The translations under genes and the position numbers were made by a program. A stretch of 34,223 nt of DNA from Jimgerdemannia flammicorona (Eukaryota): contig RBNJ01000282.1 of assembly GCA_003990765.1 (NCBI GenBank), positions 1 through 34,223 of the forward strand, written 5' to 3'. Of this stretch, positions 1 through 10,137 are shown piece by piece (position 1 is the first letter of the stretch; each line of letters begins with the position of its first letter). The notes under the pieces are model-generated. The model ran no database searches and had not been told where the DNA came from. It worked only from the letters and a program-made list of their open reading frames with translations.

Positions 1-20
1 AGAGACTCAAGCTAATCTAT

Positions 21-501
21 TATGACAGTTGATCTGAATTAGGAATATGAATTAGGAAAATTAGACATTTGATTATAGTACTTGAACCCAATTTCCAATA
101 TAGTATAATCTTACAAATAGTAGTTATTGTTATTTTGCAACTGTTAAAGTTTTTACAAATATTGAACTCTGAAGATTTCATAGATATTAAACTTTTAGCA
201 ATTATTGAAGTTTTAGCAGATGTTAAAAGATTTAACACTTGTAAAAAGTAACTTACAGAAAACATAGTCATAGCTTAGCTACCCTATAGCTAGCAAATGT
301 ATATAAATATCCTAGTATCTAGAGTGAATAAACCTCAGATAAAAATAGTTCAAAGTAAAGAGAAAGTAAAGAAACTAGTAAGCCTGTAGACAGATATACT
401 TCAAACTCACTCTCCTATATTTTGTGAGAGTTAGAACAAGTCAAGTTTTTAAGATAAAGAAATTCACCATACTTCTGAGATTAGATGTCTACTATGTTAC
501 A
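21..501 (+). repeat. 5' LTR of element A
   Basis: Starts TATGACAGTTGATCT (TG mutated to TA) and ends TGTTACA. Aligns by eye along its length with 33633-34137. Confidence 0.93.
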
Positions 502-557
502 ACTTGGTGCCTATTGACTGGTGATTTAAGACAAATCTCTCACTTTTAAGCTAAATA

Positions 558-3500
558 ATAAATAACTGCTACCATCTAAACAACTATACAAATTGAACTG
601 AAATATCCAGATAAGATAGATATGAGATCATCAGTATTCTACAGATATGTATACTTTAGACGAATCAATCATCACCTTTATTGATAATTTTGAGCAGTAT
701 ACTGCTATAAGAACTCTGACAGTAATACAGCAAGTAGTCCTCCTGCCTTTCAGTCTCCAAGGACCAATAAGAGATTACAACCTATGTAGGAAATGATGAT
801 AATACAGTACTAGTAGCACAGAAGGCCTGGCTCTAAGCTATCTACTATATAGATGAGATTAAGCAAGCTCTGAAGGATCAGCTTAACATAATTTACCAAG
901 GAATGAGTGAGGATCTAAACACATTCTACACTAGAATCTAATATCAGATAATTCTTATAGATTATACTGCTGTTATCTAAGATCAAGTAGCTAAGGCAAC
1001 CTTCATGAAAGGAGTTCACTCAGAGATAGCCCTAGCTATCTGCTCATCACTAATAGTCCTAGATCTATTACAAAAAGTCACCTACACTCAGTACTACTAG
1101 ATATTTAGACATCTACAAGACTATATAATGAAAAGAGTCACTAGAGTTAGAATTGAAACACCCAAGACAACTAGTATGATCTCTACTATAGTGATCAATC
1201 AAAACATACCTCAGCTAAGAGCTACTGAGCAGCAGAGGAATAGTGACCCTATGGAGGAACTTGCTAAGAAATTCACCAAAATGATAGTCTATCTAGGAGA
1301 TATGGTAAAGGAAATTAAAGGAAGAGACTACTGCCCAGTTCAGAAATTTGTCACCACCTCAGACAAGAAGAGAGGTATCTGCTACACTTGTAGAGAAGAA
1401 GACTACTATTCATATGAATGTATGAGTGAAATCAAGCATAAGGCCTAGTCAAGCAATGCTACTTAAAATAAAGAACAGGCCAATACTATCACCTTCAAGA
1501 AAATTGGAGAATTAGATAAAGTGGAATAGGAAGCCTACCCTACTGAGACTATCAAGAAAGATGTCTGCAAACAACCCTATAAGAGACCACTAGAGAGACC
1601 CAAGAAGAACTCTATAGAAAAGCAGATGGAGACTGCTATAGAAAGTCAAGATGAAGAAATAGATCAAAATATGGAGCTAGAACAGGCTGTCTAAGATATC
1701 ATCTGAAGAACTACTTCAGCCAGTAAAGAAAAAAAGAAGAAGAAGCTTTACAAAACTAAGACCTTTAAGTATGATATCTTCAAGGACCTCAGTCAATAAA
1801 AGGTCAATATAACCTTTGGCCAGTTAGCAGAAATACTCACATTTAGATAGCAAATGAGATATGGACTTACTAAGACAACTAAGGAATAAGGTTGAAAGAT
1901 AACTAAGGTCAACAATATTCAAGAAGACTTAGGAGAAGAGAGCAAAGACAATCACAAGACCTCTGCCTATACAACCTATCAGATTGAAGATAGAATCTTC
2001 AAAGCTATCATTGATATAGGAGTAGGAGAATATCTCCTTAGTAAGAAAGCAGCAGGTCACCTAGGTTGAGAAGTTGAAGAAGTAACCAAATTGATATTTA
2101 TTACAGTAGATAGCATAAGAGCCACATTACTAGGAAAGATCTGAGATATTTCCATTAAGTTTGGGGGAGTAACTATTCTAGTAGATGTGATTGTAACCAA
2201 TACCACCAACTATGATATTCTCATTGGTAACTAGTGGCTTCATAAAGTCAAGATAATAATCAATCTGAATACTTAGAAGATACAGATCATCTATAGAGGC
2301 CAGAAGATGTGAATTCTCATTAATGTCAACAAAGGAGTACTGCCTGAGATAGAGAAAGAATAAAGTGAGTAAGAAGAAGTCTATATGGTAACTACTCAGA
2401 AAAATAAGAAGAAAGTCAGATGGATTAGTAAAGAAGATTGGTGCAAGAAGATCACAGAAGGATATGTACTACAAGAAGTCTGTCCCCATAGAATCAAGAT
2501 GTACTATAGTGAGCACATCAATGACTGCTACCAATATAGCATTAGTATCAGAAAGATCTACTAGGAAAGAAGACAGAAAGCTCTCAAAAAGCAGGCAAGA
2601 GAAGAGAAGGAGGAGGAAGATGATGATGAACTACCAGCCCTCCTGAAGGACAGTGATAATGAAGAAGAAATCAAGGTCAAGATATAAAGGATTCACTCTG
2701 ATGCAGTTATACCAGAATATAAGTCAGAAAATATAGCCAGAATGGATATTACCACAGTAGAAGAAACCATACTAGAGCCCCAGACAACTACCCTACTTAT
2801 AACTAATCTAAAGATGACCATTCTAAAGAACCATATTAGAATCCACAAGACAAGAAGTAGCCTGGCTAGGAGTGAAATCACAATTGAAGTAGGAGTTATT
2901 GATTCAGATTATAATAGAGAAATATTACTTATTGCTAGGAATTATAATCCCATAATTCCATTTCCAATCAAGAAGAAGAACTGACTGATACAGATGTTGA
3001 TCTTCTTAGTTTTTTAGTCAAGAATTATGAAAGTCAAGAAGTTGGAGGAAACAGAAAGAGAAAGGAAAGAATTTGAATTCATAAAAAGAGGAGTATTCAC
3101 TAGTATCAATATTACTAAACTGAATCACAAGAAGGAGGAAACTATAAACAGACATAGCTATACTATAGGAAACGAATTTCCACTCAAGAAGAAACTCAAG
3201 AAGATACTCTATAAATTTGAGGATGTTCTAGCCACAGATTTCAAGAATATTAAAGAAAAGACCCCATACTACTATTATGATATAGATACAGGAGATACCA
3301 AATCAATCTACCAAAAAGTAAGACTAATACTACTAGCCTATTATGAATGACTCAAAGAGAAAATCAAGCAGATGAAAGAAGCCAGTATCATTAAAGAAGC
3401 CAGCAGCCCCTGGGCTTCACCAGTTATACTAGCTCTGAAAAAAGAAAGCAAATTAGAAGAATTTGCCCCAAGACTCTGTATTGATTATAAGAAGCTTAAC

Positions 3501-4562
3501 TTGGTTATCAAGAAAGATCACCAACCATTACTCCTCATCAGTAATATCTTTATAACCTTTAGAGATGAAGTATAGTACTATAGCACCTTAGACCTATACT
3601 CAGGATTCTACCAAATTGACCTCACTGAAGCAGTAAGCAAAAAGTCAGCTTTCATTACTCCAGACAGAATCTATGTCTACCTGTGAATACTATTTGGAAT
3701 TTGTAATATATCAGTAAGCTTCCAGTGAATGATGAACAAAATCTTCTACTATGATATAAGAAGATAGATAATGGTCTATATGGATGATGTAATTATCTAC
3801 AGTAAGATATCTGAGGAATATCTGCAACATATTCAGTAGATGATAGAGAAGCTAAGATAGTATAGTCTTTATATCAAGTCTAAGAAGTACAAGTTTGCAG
3901 AAGTTGAGATTATCTATCTTGGCCATATCATCAATTGAGATAGAACACACACAGACTCCCTCAAGATTCAAGCAGTAGTAGTATATCCAAGGTCCACCAT
4001 AGTTACTGAAGCCTAAGCCTTTATGGGACTCACCTCTTACTACTAAAGATTTATCAAAAGATTCTCCAACATTGCAAGTCCAATCTACAAACTCAACAAG
4101 AAGGATACCAAGTTCTAATGAGCTGGCAGATAACAAAAAGTATTTGATAAACTTAAGATCAGACTGATCTAGATACCCATTCTCAGAAAACCTGATTGGA
4201 CTCAAGAATTCATTCTGCAGATAGATACAAGTATCTAAGAACTAAGAGTAGTCCTGGTTCAGAAGAAAGACAAGATAGAATATATCATTATATATCTCAG
4301 CTAAGGAATTCAAGAAGCTCAAAAGAGTATAAATTCTATAAGCTGGAATATCTTACAGTTATCTGAGCTATAGAGAAGTTCTACTACTATCTAGTAAGAA
4401 GATACTTCACTATTCAGATAGACTACTCAGCTCTCACTTAGCTACTGACCACTGGGCAACCTAAAGGAATCTATGCTGAAGTTGCAAGCCTATGACATAA
4501 CCATTGTACACTGCCTAGAAAGAACCAATACCAATACAGATACTCTCTTACAGATACTCTAA
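558..4562 (+). pseudogene. Element A gag-PR-linker-dUTPase-RT-RNase H polyprotein, many stops
   Basis: Decayed zinc knuckle CYTCREEDYYSYEC (~1378-1420). Protease-like AIIDIG (~2005). RT motifs SSPWASPVIL, RLCIDYKKLN and VYMDD (~3775). RNase H start FILQIDTS (~4210) and end NTDTLLQI. Start position is approximate. Confidence 0.9.
2670..3085 (+). pseudogene. dUTPase domain of element A, between protease and RT
   Basis: Trimeric dUTPase motifs TRSSLA (II), GVIDSDYNREI (III) and decayed TERERKEFEF (V; RG..GFGS in element B). Confidence 0.85.
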
Positions 4563-4587
4563 AGGATTTCCAACTAGCAAATCAATT

Positions 4588-4785
4588 ATAAGTAAAGAGC
4601 TCTACTATGAAATCATCACCTACCTGAGATAGTGAAAGATGCCCCAATGTCTGGAAGAATGAACACAAACAATTATTAACAGAATATAGAAACAATTCAA
4701 AACTGATGAAGAAATACTGAAGAAAGAAAAACTACTAGTTATACCTAAATATAAAAAAGAGTAAATAATAAAATTAGTATACAAA
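4588..4785 (+). pseudogene. Element A integrase, segment 1 (N-terminus)
   Basis: (I/M)SKELYYEIITYL...KLVYK joins LGHLGG at 9835 after removing MITE G. Homologous to B's MNKELHYGLISYL. Confidence 0.85.
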
Positions 4786-5017
4786 TAGTACTCCTAATGA
4801 GTCAATTTAATCTGGATGGAATTCAGATTAATTTGGATTAAATCCTATCTGGATCAACTTAGATGGGATTTGAATCCCATCTGGATGGATTTGAATCAAC
4901 AATTGTTTTGATTTCCAAATTAGATAATTAAATGTTTACATCAATAACTTAATGAATAATCATCTAAATTTGATAATCTTGGTGTCATTTGAAAGCCCTT
5001 AATAAGGCCTATCTAAT

Positions 5018-5840
5018 GAGAAGGAAGAAGGCCCAGCAGGAGCCAAGGGAGCGAACCCAGAGCCAGTGTCAAAGCGAACAGAAGACATGTGGAAGAGCAT
5101 GTATAAGAGGGATGAACAAAGAACGTAACCGAAAATGCATCAGCCATTTATTGCTATGTAAAAATGTGGTCCTTATATACAAAATACGATGTCCCAAAAG
5201 GAAGGACACGCTACAACTCAGGGCAAACCGAATTAGGAACCACATGACCACTGAAGATAGGCAGAGATAAAGGGGGAGCCAATCCCAGTTGCAGGATAAA
5301 AATCACAAACAAACACAAACAAAACAAATCCAAATCGAGATTAAAAAACATCCTTGCTCCCTCTGGGGTCTCACGCTTGCTCCGAGGTCTCAGCCTCACT
5401 CCACTCCCCTCCGCTGCCTTTGGCCCCTTGCTTCGCTTGGGCTCGCTGTGGCTCGCTCCGTTTCGGCCTCACCCCTCACTCGCGCTCACCCCTCCGGGGT
5501 CTGTGGATGTTTTTTAATCTCGATTTGAATTTGTTTTGTTTGTGTTTGTTTGTGATTTTTATCCTGCAACTGGGATTGGCTCCCCCTTTATCTCTGCCTA
5601 TCTCCAGAAGTCATGTGGTTCCTAATTTGGTTCGCCCTGAGTTGTGGTGCGTCCTCCCTTTTGGGACGTCGTATTTTGTATATAAGGACTATGTTTTTAT
5701 GTGACAATAAATGGCTGATGCATTTTCGGTTACATTCTTTGTTCATCCCCCTTATACATGCTCTTCCACATGTCTTCCGTTCACTTTGACACTGGCTCTG
5801 GGTTCGCTCCATTGGCTCCCGCTGGGCCTTCTTCCTCCTC
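5018..5840. repeat. Long fold-back at the left end of F: ~335-bp inverted arms around a ~150-bp GC-rich loop
   Basis: 5018-5353 matches the reverse complement of 5505-5840. Differences are mostly C/T and G/A. Confidence 0.95.
5679..5711 (+). promoter_or_regulatory. Candidate TATA box and AATAAA in the pLTR of F
   Basis: TATATAA at 5679-5685, ~75-85 bp before the ORF1 ATGs. AATAAA at 5706 and at 9361 in the 3' copy. Function is inferred from motif only. Confidence 0.4.
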
Positions 5841-6987
5841 TGCTGTACCGCCTGCCCTCGGGGCCACTGTCCTCATCGATGAGCTCATGGATGAGGAACT
5901 TCCTCCTCCCCCTCCCCCCACCTTCACCCCTGCCACTATCTCGTTCAAGGCCTATATCTCATCTACCATCCTTTCTCTCCCCTTGGACCTTTGTCCCTCT
6001 GGTTGTCCGCTCCTCTCCCAGTTCCGGTCAGTTCTTGCCCTCTCTACCAAGGAGGCTTGTCTCTGCTGTGACGTTGATGTCGTCACTCTGCCCGCCATCC
6101 GCTATTCCATTCTCCCTGAGGCCCGCCACCAAGCCCTCTCTGAAGAGGTTCATGCTGCCACTGCCGCTGCCAAGCTTGCCGCCACTGATGCCGCCGCTGC
6201 TTCCGCTGCCACTGCCTCCACCTCCTTCCAACGTGTCTGTGCTGCCTTTGTGGCCTTCACCTCCTCCCATCTTTCGGATGCTGCCCCCTTCTGTGGCTTC
6301 ACCATTCAAGATGATCCTTCTGTCACTGCTAACATTGATGCTGTATGTCGTTTCCTCCTCGCCGGCACCTCTTTTGTCGCTCGTCTTCATGAGCAGGAGA
6401 TGTCATGTGCTGCTGCTACTGCTCGCGCCGCCACCACTGCTCCCCTGCCTGCCTCCCCTGAGGTTTTGGTCTCCGAGGCCATTCGTGCCGAGGCTCGTGC
6501 TGCTGCCCGTGCTGAGGTTCGTTCCTTCACCACTGCCGCCGCCAAGGCCCCCTCCAAGACCCCTGCCAAGTCCCCTGCCAAGCCCAATCAGACTTTGTCG
6601 GCCTCTTCTCGGTCCCCCTCTCCCACCAAGGCTTCCTTCTCCATTCCCCCTGCTCCCAAGCATGGCTGCCAACTTGGTTCTCACCCTGTTGGGGCTTGGC
6701 CTTGTGCTGTCTGCTCCGGTCACCTCCACCATGCCTACTGGTACCTGGCCAAGTTCATCTGTCCTCATGGTGGTGTTTCTCGCACTGCTGCCCCTTCAGC
6801 TGCTCACTCACCTTCGGCCTCCTCCACCGGTTCCTCCTCCGCCTCCTCCCCCCATGTCCCTGAATGTAAGGGCTGCACGAAAGCCTGTGGCTGCAAGGTC
6901 TGGCACTCTGACGGGGTATGCTCTCATTCGTCGAGTTCACCACCTTCAAAAAAAGTCAGAGGGAAGAGGAAGGCCTCCCGCTCTTAA
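5758..6987 (+). CDS. ORF1 of Penelope-like element F, 409 aa: Ala-rich helical middle, Cys/His-rich C-terminus, basic tail
   Basis: Uninterrupted ORF. Contains HGC...PCAVCSGHLHH...CPH and CKGC..ACGCKVWH....CSH clusters, and ends KKVRGKRKASRS. Confidence 0.8.
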   Translation: MLFHMSSVHFDTGSGFAPLAPAGPSSSSAVPPALGATVLIDELMDEELPPPPPPTFTPATISFKAYISSTILSLPLDLCPSGCPLLSQFRSVLALSTKEACLCCDVDVVTLPAIRYSILPEARHQALSEEVHAATAAAKLAATDAAAASAATASTSFQRVCAAFVAFTSSHLSDAAPFCGFTIQDDPSVTANIDAVCRFLLAGTSFVARLHEQEMSCAAATARAATTAPLPASPEVLVSEAIRAEARAAARAEVRSFTTAAAKAPSKTPAKSPAKPNQTLSASSRSPSPTKASFSIPPAPKHGCQLGSHPVGAWPCAVCSGHLHHAYWYLAKFICPHGGVSRTAAPSAAHSPSASSTGSSSASSPHVPECKGCTKACGCKVWHSDGVCSHSSSSPPSKKVRGKRKASRS

Positions 6988-9002
6988 ACTTTCCCTCGGC
7001 ATGGTTCTCCCCTGGTGTCCCCATCCCTTCTCAGATTCTGTCGTCACTTCTGGTGTGCCCTGAGTGGTTCCTCATGCTGTCCCCCCTTCATCTTTCCCAG
7101 TTGCTTGTCCTGAACTTTCGGGTTTATTCTTCTCTTGGAGCTCTTTTGTCTCCTCCTTTTTCTTCGGCTGACTGCTCCCTTTCTCCTCTTCAAGTTTTTG
7201 CCTTATCCTTGGGTCCTCGCTTTGTTTTTCCTGTGACTCCCTCACAATTCTCCTTCACCGATCCAGCTCATCTCACATGCTTTCGTTGTGCTCTTGACCT
7301 TGCCATTTTCTTTCAAGATCGCGGTGAGATGCCCTCTCACTATTTTGTTCCTAGCGATTGAGTCCCCCCTCCCAATGTCTCTTCACACTGCGTATTCCTC
7401 GACATGGCTTGCTCATTGTCCGTTCCTGGACACGCTCGCTCTTGCTTGGTTTCGAACCATGCCGTGTATACCATGCTTAAATCGGTCAAGCAATTGTCTA
7501 TGCATTTGCTCACAGTCACTGATAAGAATCAGGGTTTTGCACTTATTCCTAAGTTGCTCTACCTTGATGGCCTTTCTGCCCTCCTTCGAGCCATGGCTTA
7601 TGAGCCTAGTGCTCTTGGATTGGATGAGGTTCTCACTCTTCTTCAGGTATCTCTGGCTCATGCTAGATTACTTTCGGATTCTCTGTTTATGAACCCTATT
7701 TTTAACTTCTTCCAGGACTCTTTGTCCTCCCCAGATATTTCTCTTCCAGTTTTCTATGCTCTTCCTAAAGTTCACAAGCCTACTTTGGCTTGGCATCCTA
7801 TTATAGCTGCTTATAGTTCTCCTACCACTGAGATTTCGAAGTAGTTATCTTGTTTCTTTCTCTCCTGGATAGCTCTCTTACAACACTGTCTTGGGCCTGA
7901 GTATACCATTCTTCATGATACTCAGGAGCTCGCCCTTCTCTGCTCCACCATTGTGCCTGTTCATCATTTTTCCCACTTGGCCTCTAGTGACTTCTCTTCC
8001 TTTTATACTGCTATTCGTTTTGATGAGATTGATGCTTGCCTTCGTTTCTTGGGTTCCATTGTTTTTCCTTTGGATTCCCTGGTTTCATTGGCTTCCATCG
8101 TTGAGCTTATGCTCCTCATCTGTGGCTCTAATTATTTTGAGTCGGCCCTTGGCTCCTTCCACCAGACTTCTGGTATTGCCATGAGAATGAATTGTACCCC
8201 CACCCTTGCCAACCTTGTTGGCCTGGCCCACGAATTACATGCGTTACGTGATATTACTTCACCTCTTTCCATTGTATTCCGGGCTGGGGATATCTTCTTT
8301 CGCCAATACATTGATGACTTTATTGTCTTCACTGTTGCTGGTGTTAATATCCCTAGTGTGTTCCTGGGTGTCTACCCTCTCCACTATTCTATTACCTGGG
8401 TGTGCGGTATGACTAGTATCCCCTTTTTGGACCTTCCTATTTCTCTTTCTCCTTTCTGAACTGTTGTTTATTCTCGTTTTCCCTGTTCCCAACAGTTCCC
8501 TGACTTCTTGTCCAATTATCCTCGTCGCACTCTTCTTGAATGCGTTCGGGGTGAGGCTCGTCATCTTGCATTATACTGCTCCCATCGTTTTGATTGGATG
8601 TCTGCTGTTCAGGTTCTTGGCAACTTCATGGTCCATCATCATGCCTACCCTATTTCTATCGTTCATGATCTGCTTACTTCTGTTGAATGGTCTGTTGTTC
8701 GCTCTACCCTACTCTCTCCTCTTTATCCCCCCTCTCTTCCCTCTCTCCCCTCTTACCCTCTCTGTACCCCCTCTTCTTTCCCACCCCCGATTCTTGTCAT
8801 ACCATTTGATCATGCTCGCTGAGTTGCTCAACACCCTGATACCATCCTGTGCTCTTCTCTTTCACACCATGGACTTTTATCTCTTTCCCGACACCCTCTG
8901 ATTGCTCATTCACATCTTCCTTCTATTTCTTCTTCAATCCATTGCTCTCGTTTTGTGTTTTCATCACCTTCTGGTGCCTCCGGTTCTGCCAGAGAGGATT
9001 AA
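6948..9002 (+). pseudogene. ORF2 of F: Penelope-type reverse transcriptase, four premature stops, one continuous frame, no GIY-YIG
   Basis: LSLGPRF, VTDKNQG, FYALPKVHK..WHPII, SSDFSSFYTAI, FHQTSGIAM...PTLANL, YIDD, IPFLDL and thumb region SNYPRRTL...GEARHLALYCS. Stops at ~7359, 7842, 8457 and 8820 are each one transition from CGA or TGG. Natural stop at 9000-9002. Confidence 0.92.
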
Positions 9003-9495
9003 AAAACATCCTTGCCCCCTCTGGGGTCTCGCACTCACTCTGGGGTCTCGGCCTCACTCTGCTCCCCTCTGCTGCCTTTGGCCCCTCGCTTCACTCAAGC
9101 TCACTGTGGCTCACTCCATTTCGGCCTCACCCTTCGCTCGCGCTCACCCCTCTGGGGTCTGCGGATGTTTTTTAATCTCGATTTGGATTTTTGTTTATGT
9201 TTGTTTGTGATTTTTATCCTGCAACTGGGATTGGCTCCCCCTTTATCTCCGCCTATCTCCGGCAGTCATGTGGTTCCTAATTTGGTTCGCCCTGAGTTGT
9301 GGCACATCCTCCCTTTTGGGACATCGTATTTTGTATATAAGGACCACATTTTTACATGGCAATAAATGGCTGATGCATTTTCGGTTATGTTCTTTGTTCA
9401 TCCCCCTTATATATGCTCTTCCACATATCTTCCGTTCGCTTTGACACTGGCTCTGGGTTCACTTCCTTGGCTCCCGCTGGGCCTTCTTCCTCCTC
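8997..9495 (+). repeat. 3' pseudo-LTR of F, direct copy of 5339-5840
   Basis: Starts GATTAAAAAACATCC, whose reverse complement recurs at ~9164-9178. Extends into a copy of the first ORF1 codons. Confidence 0.93.
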
Positions 9496-9834
9496 AACAT
9501 TGAAATCAGATCATGCGTTGCTGAGTTATGAAGGAAAACATCTGAATTGCTGATTTTGGAAATTATTTGATTTGCTGATTTTGGAAATTTTGTCAAATGG
9601 AACAGTTTTCTTAATATCTCGGCAATGCATAATCCGATTTTAATGTTCTTGATATCATTGGAAAGACTTTATTAAGAGCTTTCAAATGACATCAAGATCA
9701 TTAAATTTGGATGATTATTCATCGAGTTATTAATGTAAACATTTAATTGTCTAATTTGGAAATCAAAACAATTATTGATTCGAATCCTATCTGAATCTCA
9801 TCTGGATTAACTTGTTCAGAGTGCTATATACAAA

Positions 9835-10137
9835 CTTGGTCATCTAGGAGGAATAAATATATATAATAAAGTAAGAAGAACAATGTGGTAGCCAGAAATG
9901 GAGAAAGATATTAGACAATTTGTCAAGACCTATAACAAATATCAGAAACAGAAATAAGACCAATGAAATAAGATCCTGGGATCAGTACACATCAAACTAG
10001 TACCCTTTGCACATATTGTAATAGATATAATCAACCCTCTACTCTTGACTTTGATGGACAACTAATACATCATAGTCATTATAGATCTTTTCATGAAATA
10101 GATAGAGACAGGACCCCTCAAGAAAGTCAATATATAG
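9835..10137 (+). pseudogene. Element A integrase, segment 2
   Basis: LGHLGG...MW*PEMEKDIRQFVKT, PFAHIVIDII, IETGPLKKVN. Continues as SIANFFYKEII at 32457. Confidence 0.88.

Larger units (their letters stand above)
5018..9495 (+). mobile_element. Element F: two-ORF Penelope-like retroelement with no endonuclease domain, direct pLTRs and an inverted left arm
   Basis: Penelope-type RT motifs. Direct repeats 5339-5840 and 8997-9495. 5018-5353 is the reverse complement of 5505-5840. No TSD. Confidence 0.9.
4786..9826. mobile_element. Element G: hAT-like MITE (~570 bp without its insert), interrupted by element F
   Basis: 8-bp TSD TATACAAA at 4778-4785 and 9827-9834. Termini TAGTACTCC and GAGTGCTA. 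Internal inverted arms ~4890-5017 versus ~9655-9790. No ORF. Confidence 0.88.

Noticed and set aside
5245..5275. CTGAAGA as a hammerhead ribozyme core
   Set aside because: No stem II and GAAA follow, and the motif is not conserved in the other two repeat copies.
5711..7063. 450-aa Pro/Leu-rich ORF overlapping ORF1
   Set aside because: Alternate-frame shadow of C/T-rich sequence. It is low complexity and has no motifs.
5018..9495. DIRS/Ngaro tyrosine-recombinase element, suggested by terminal inverted repeats plus an internal copy
   Set aside because: The RT motifs are Penelope-type. No RNase H or tyrosine recombinase is visible.
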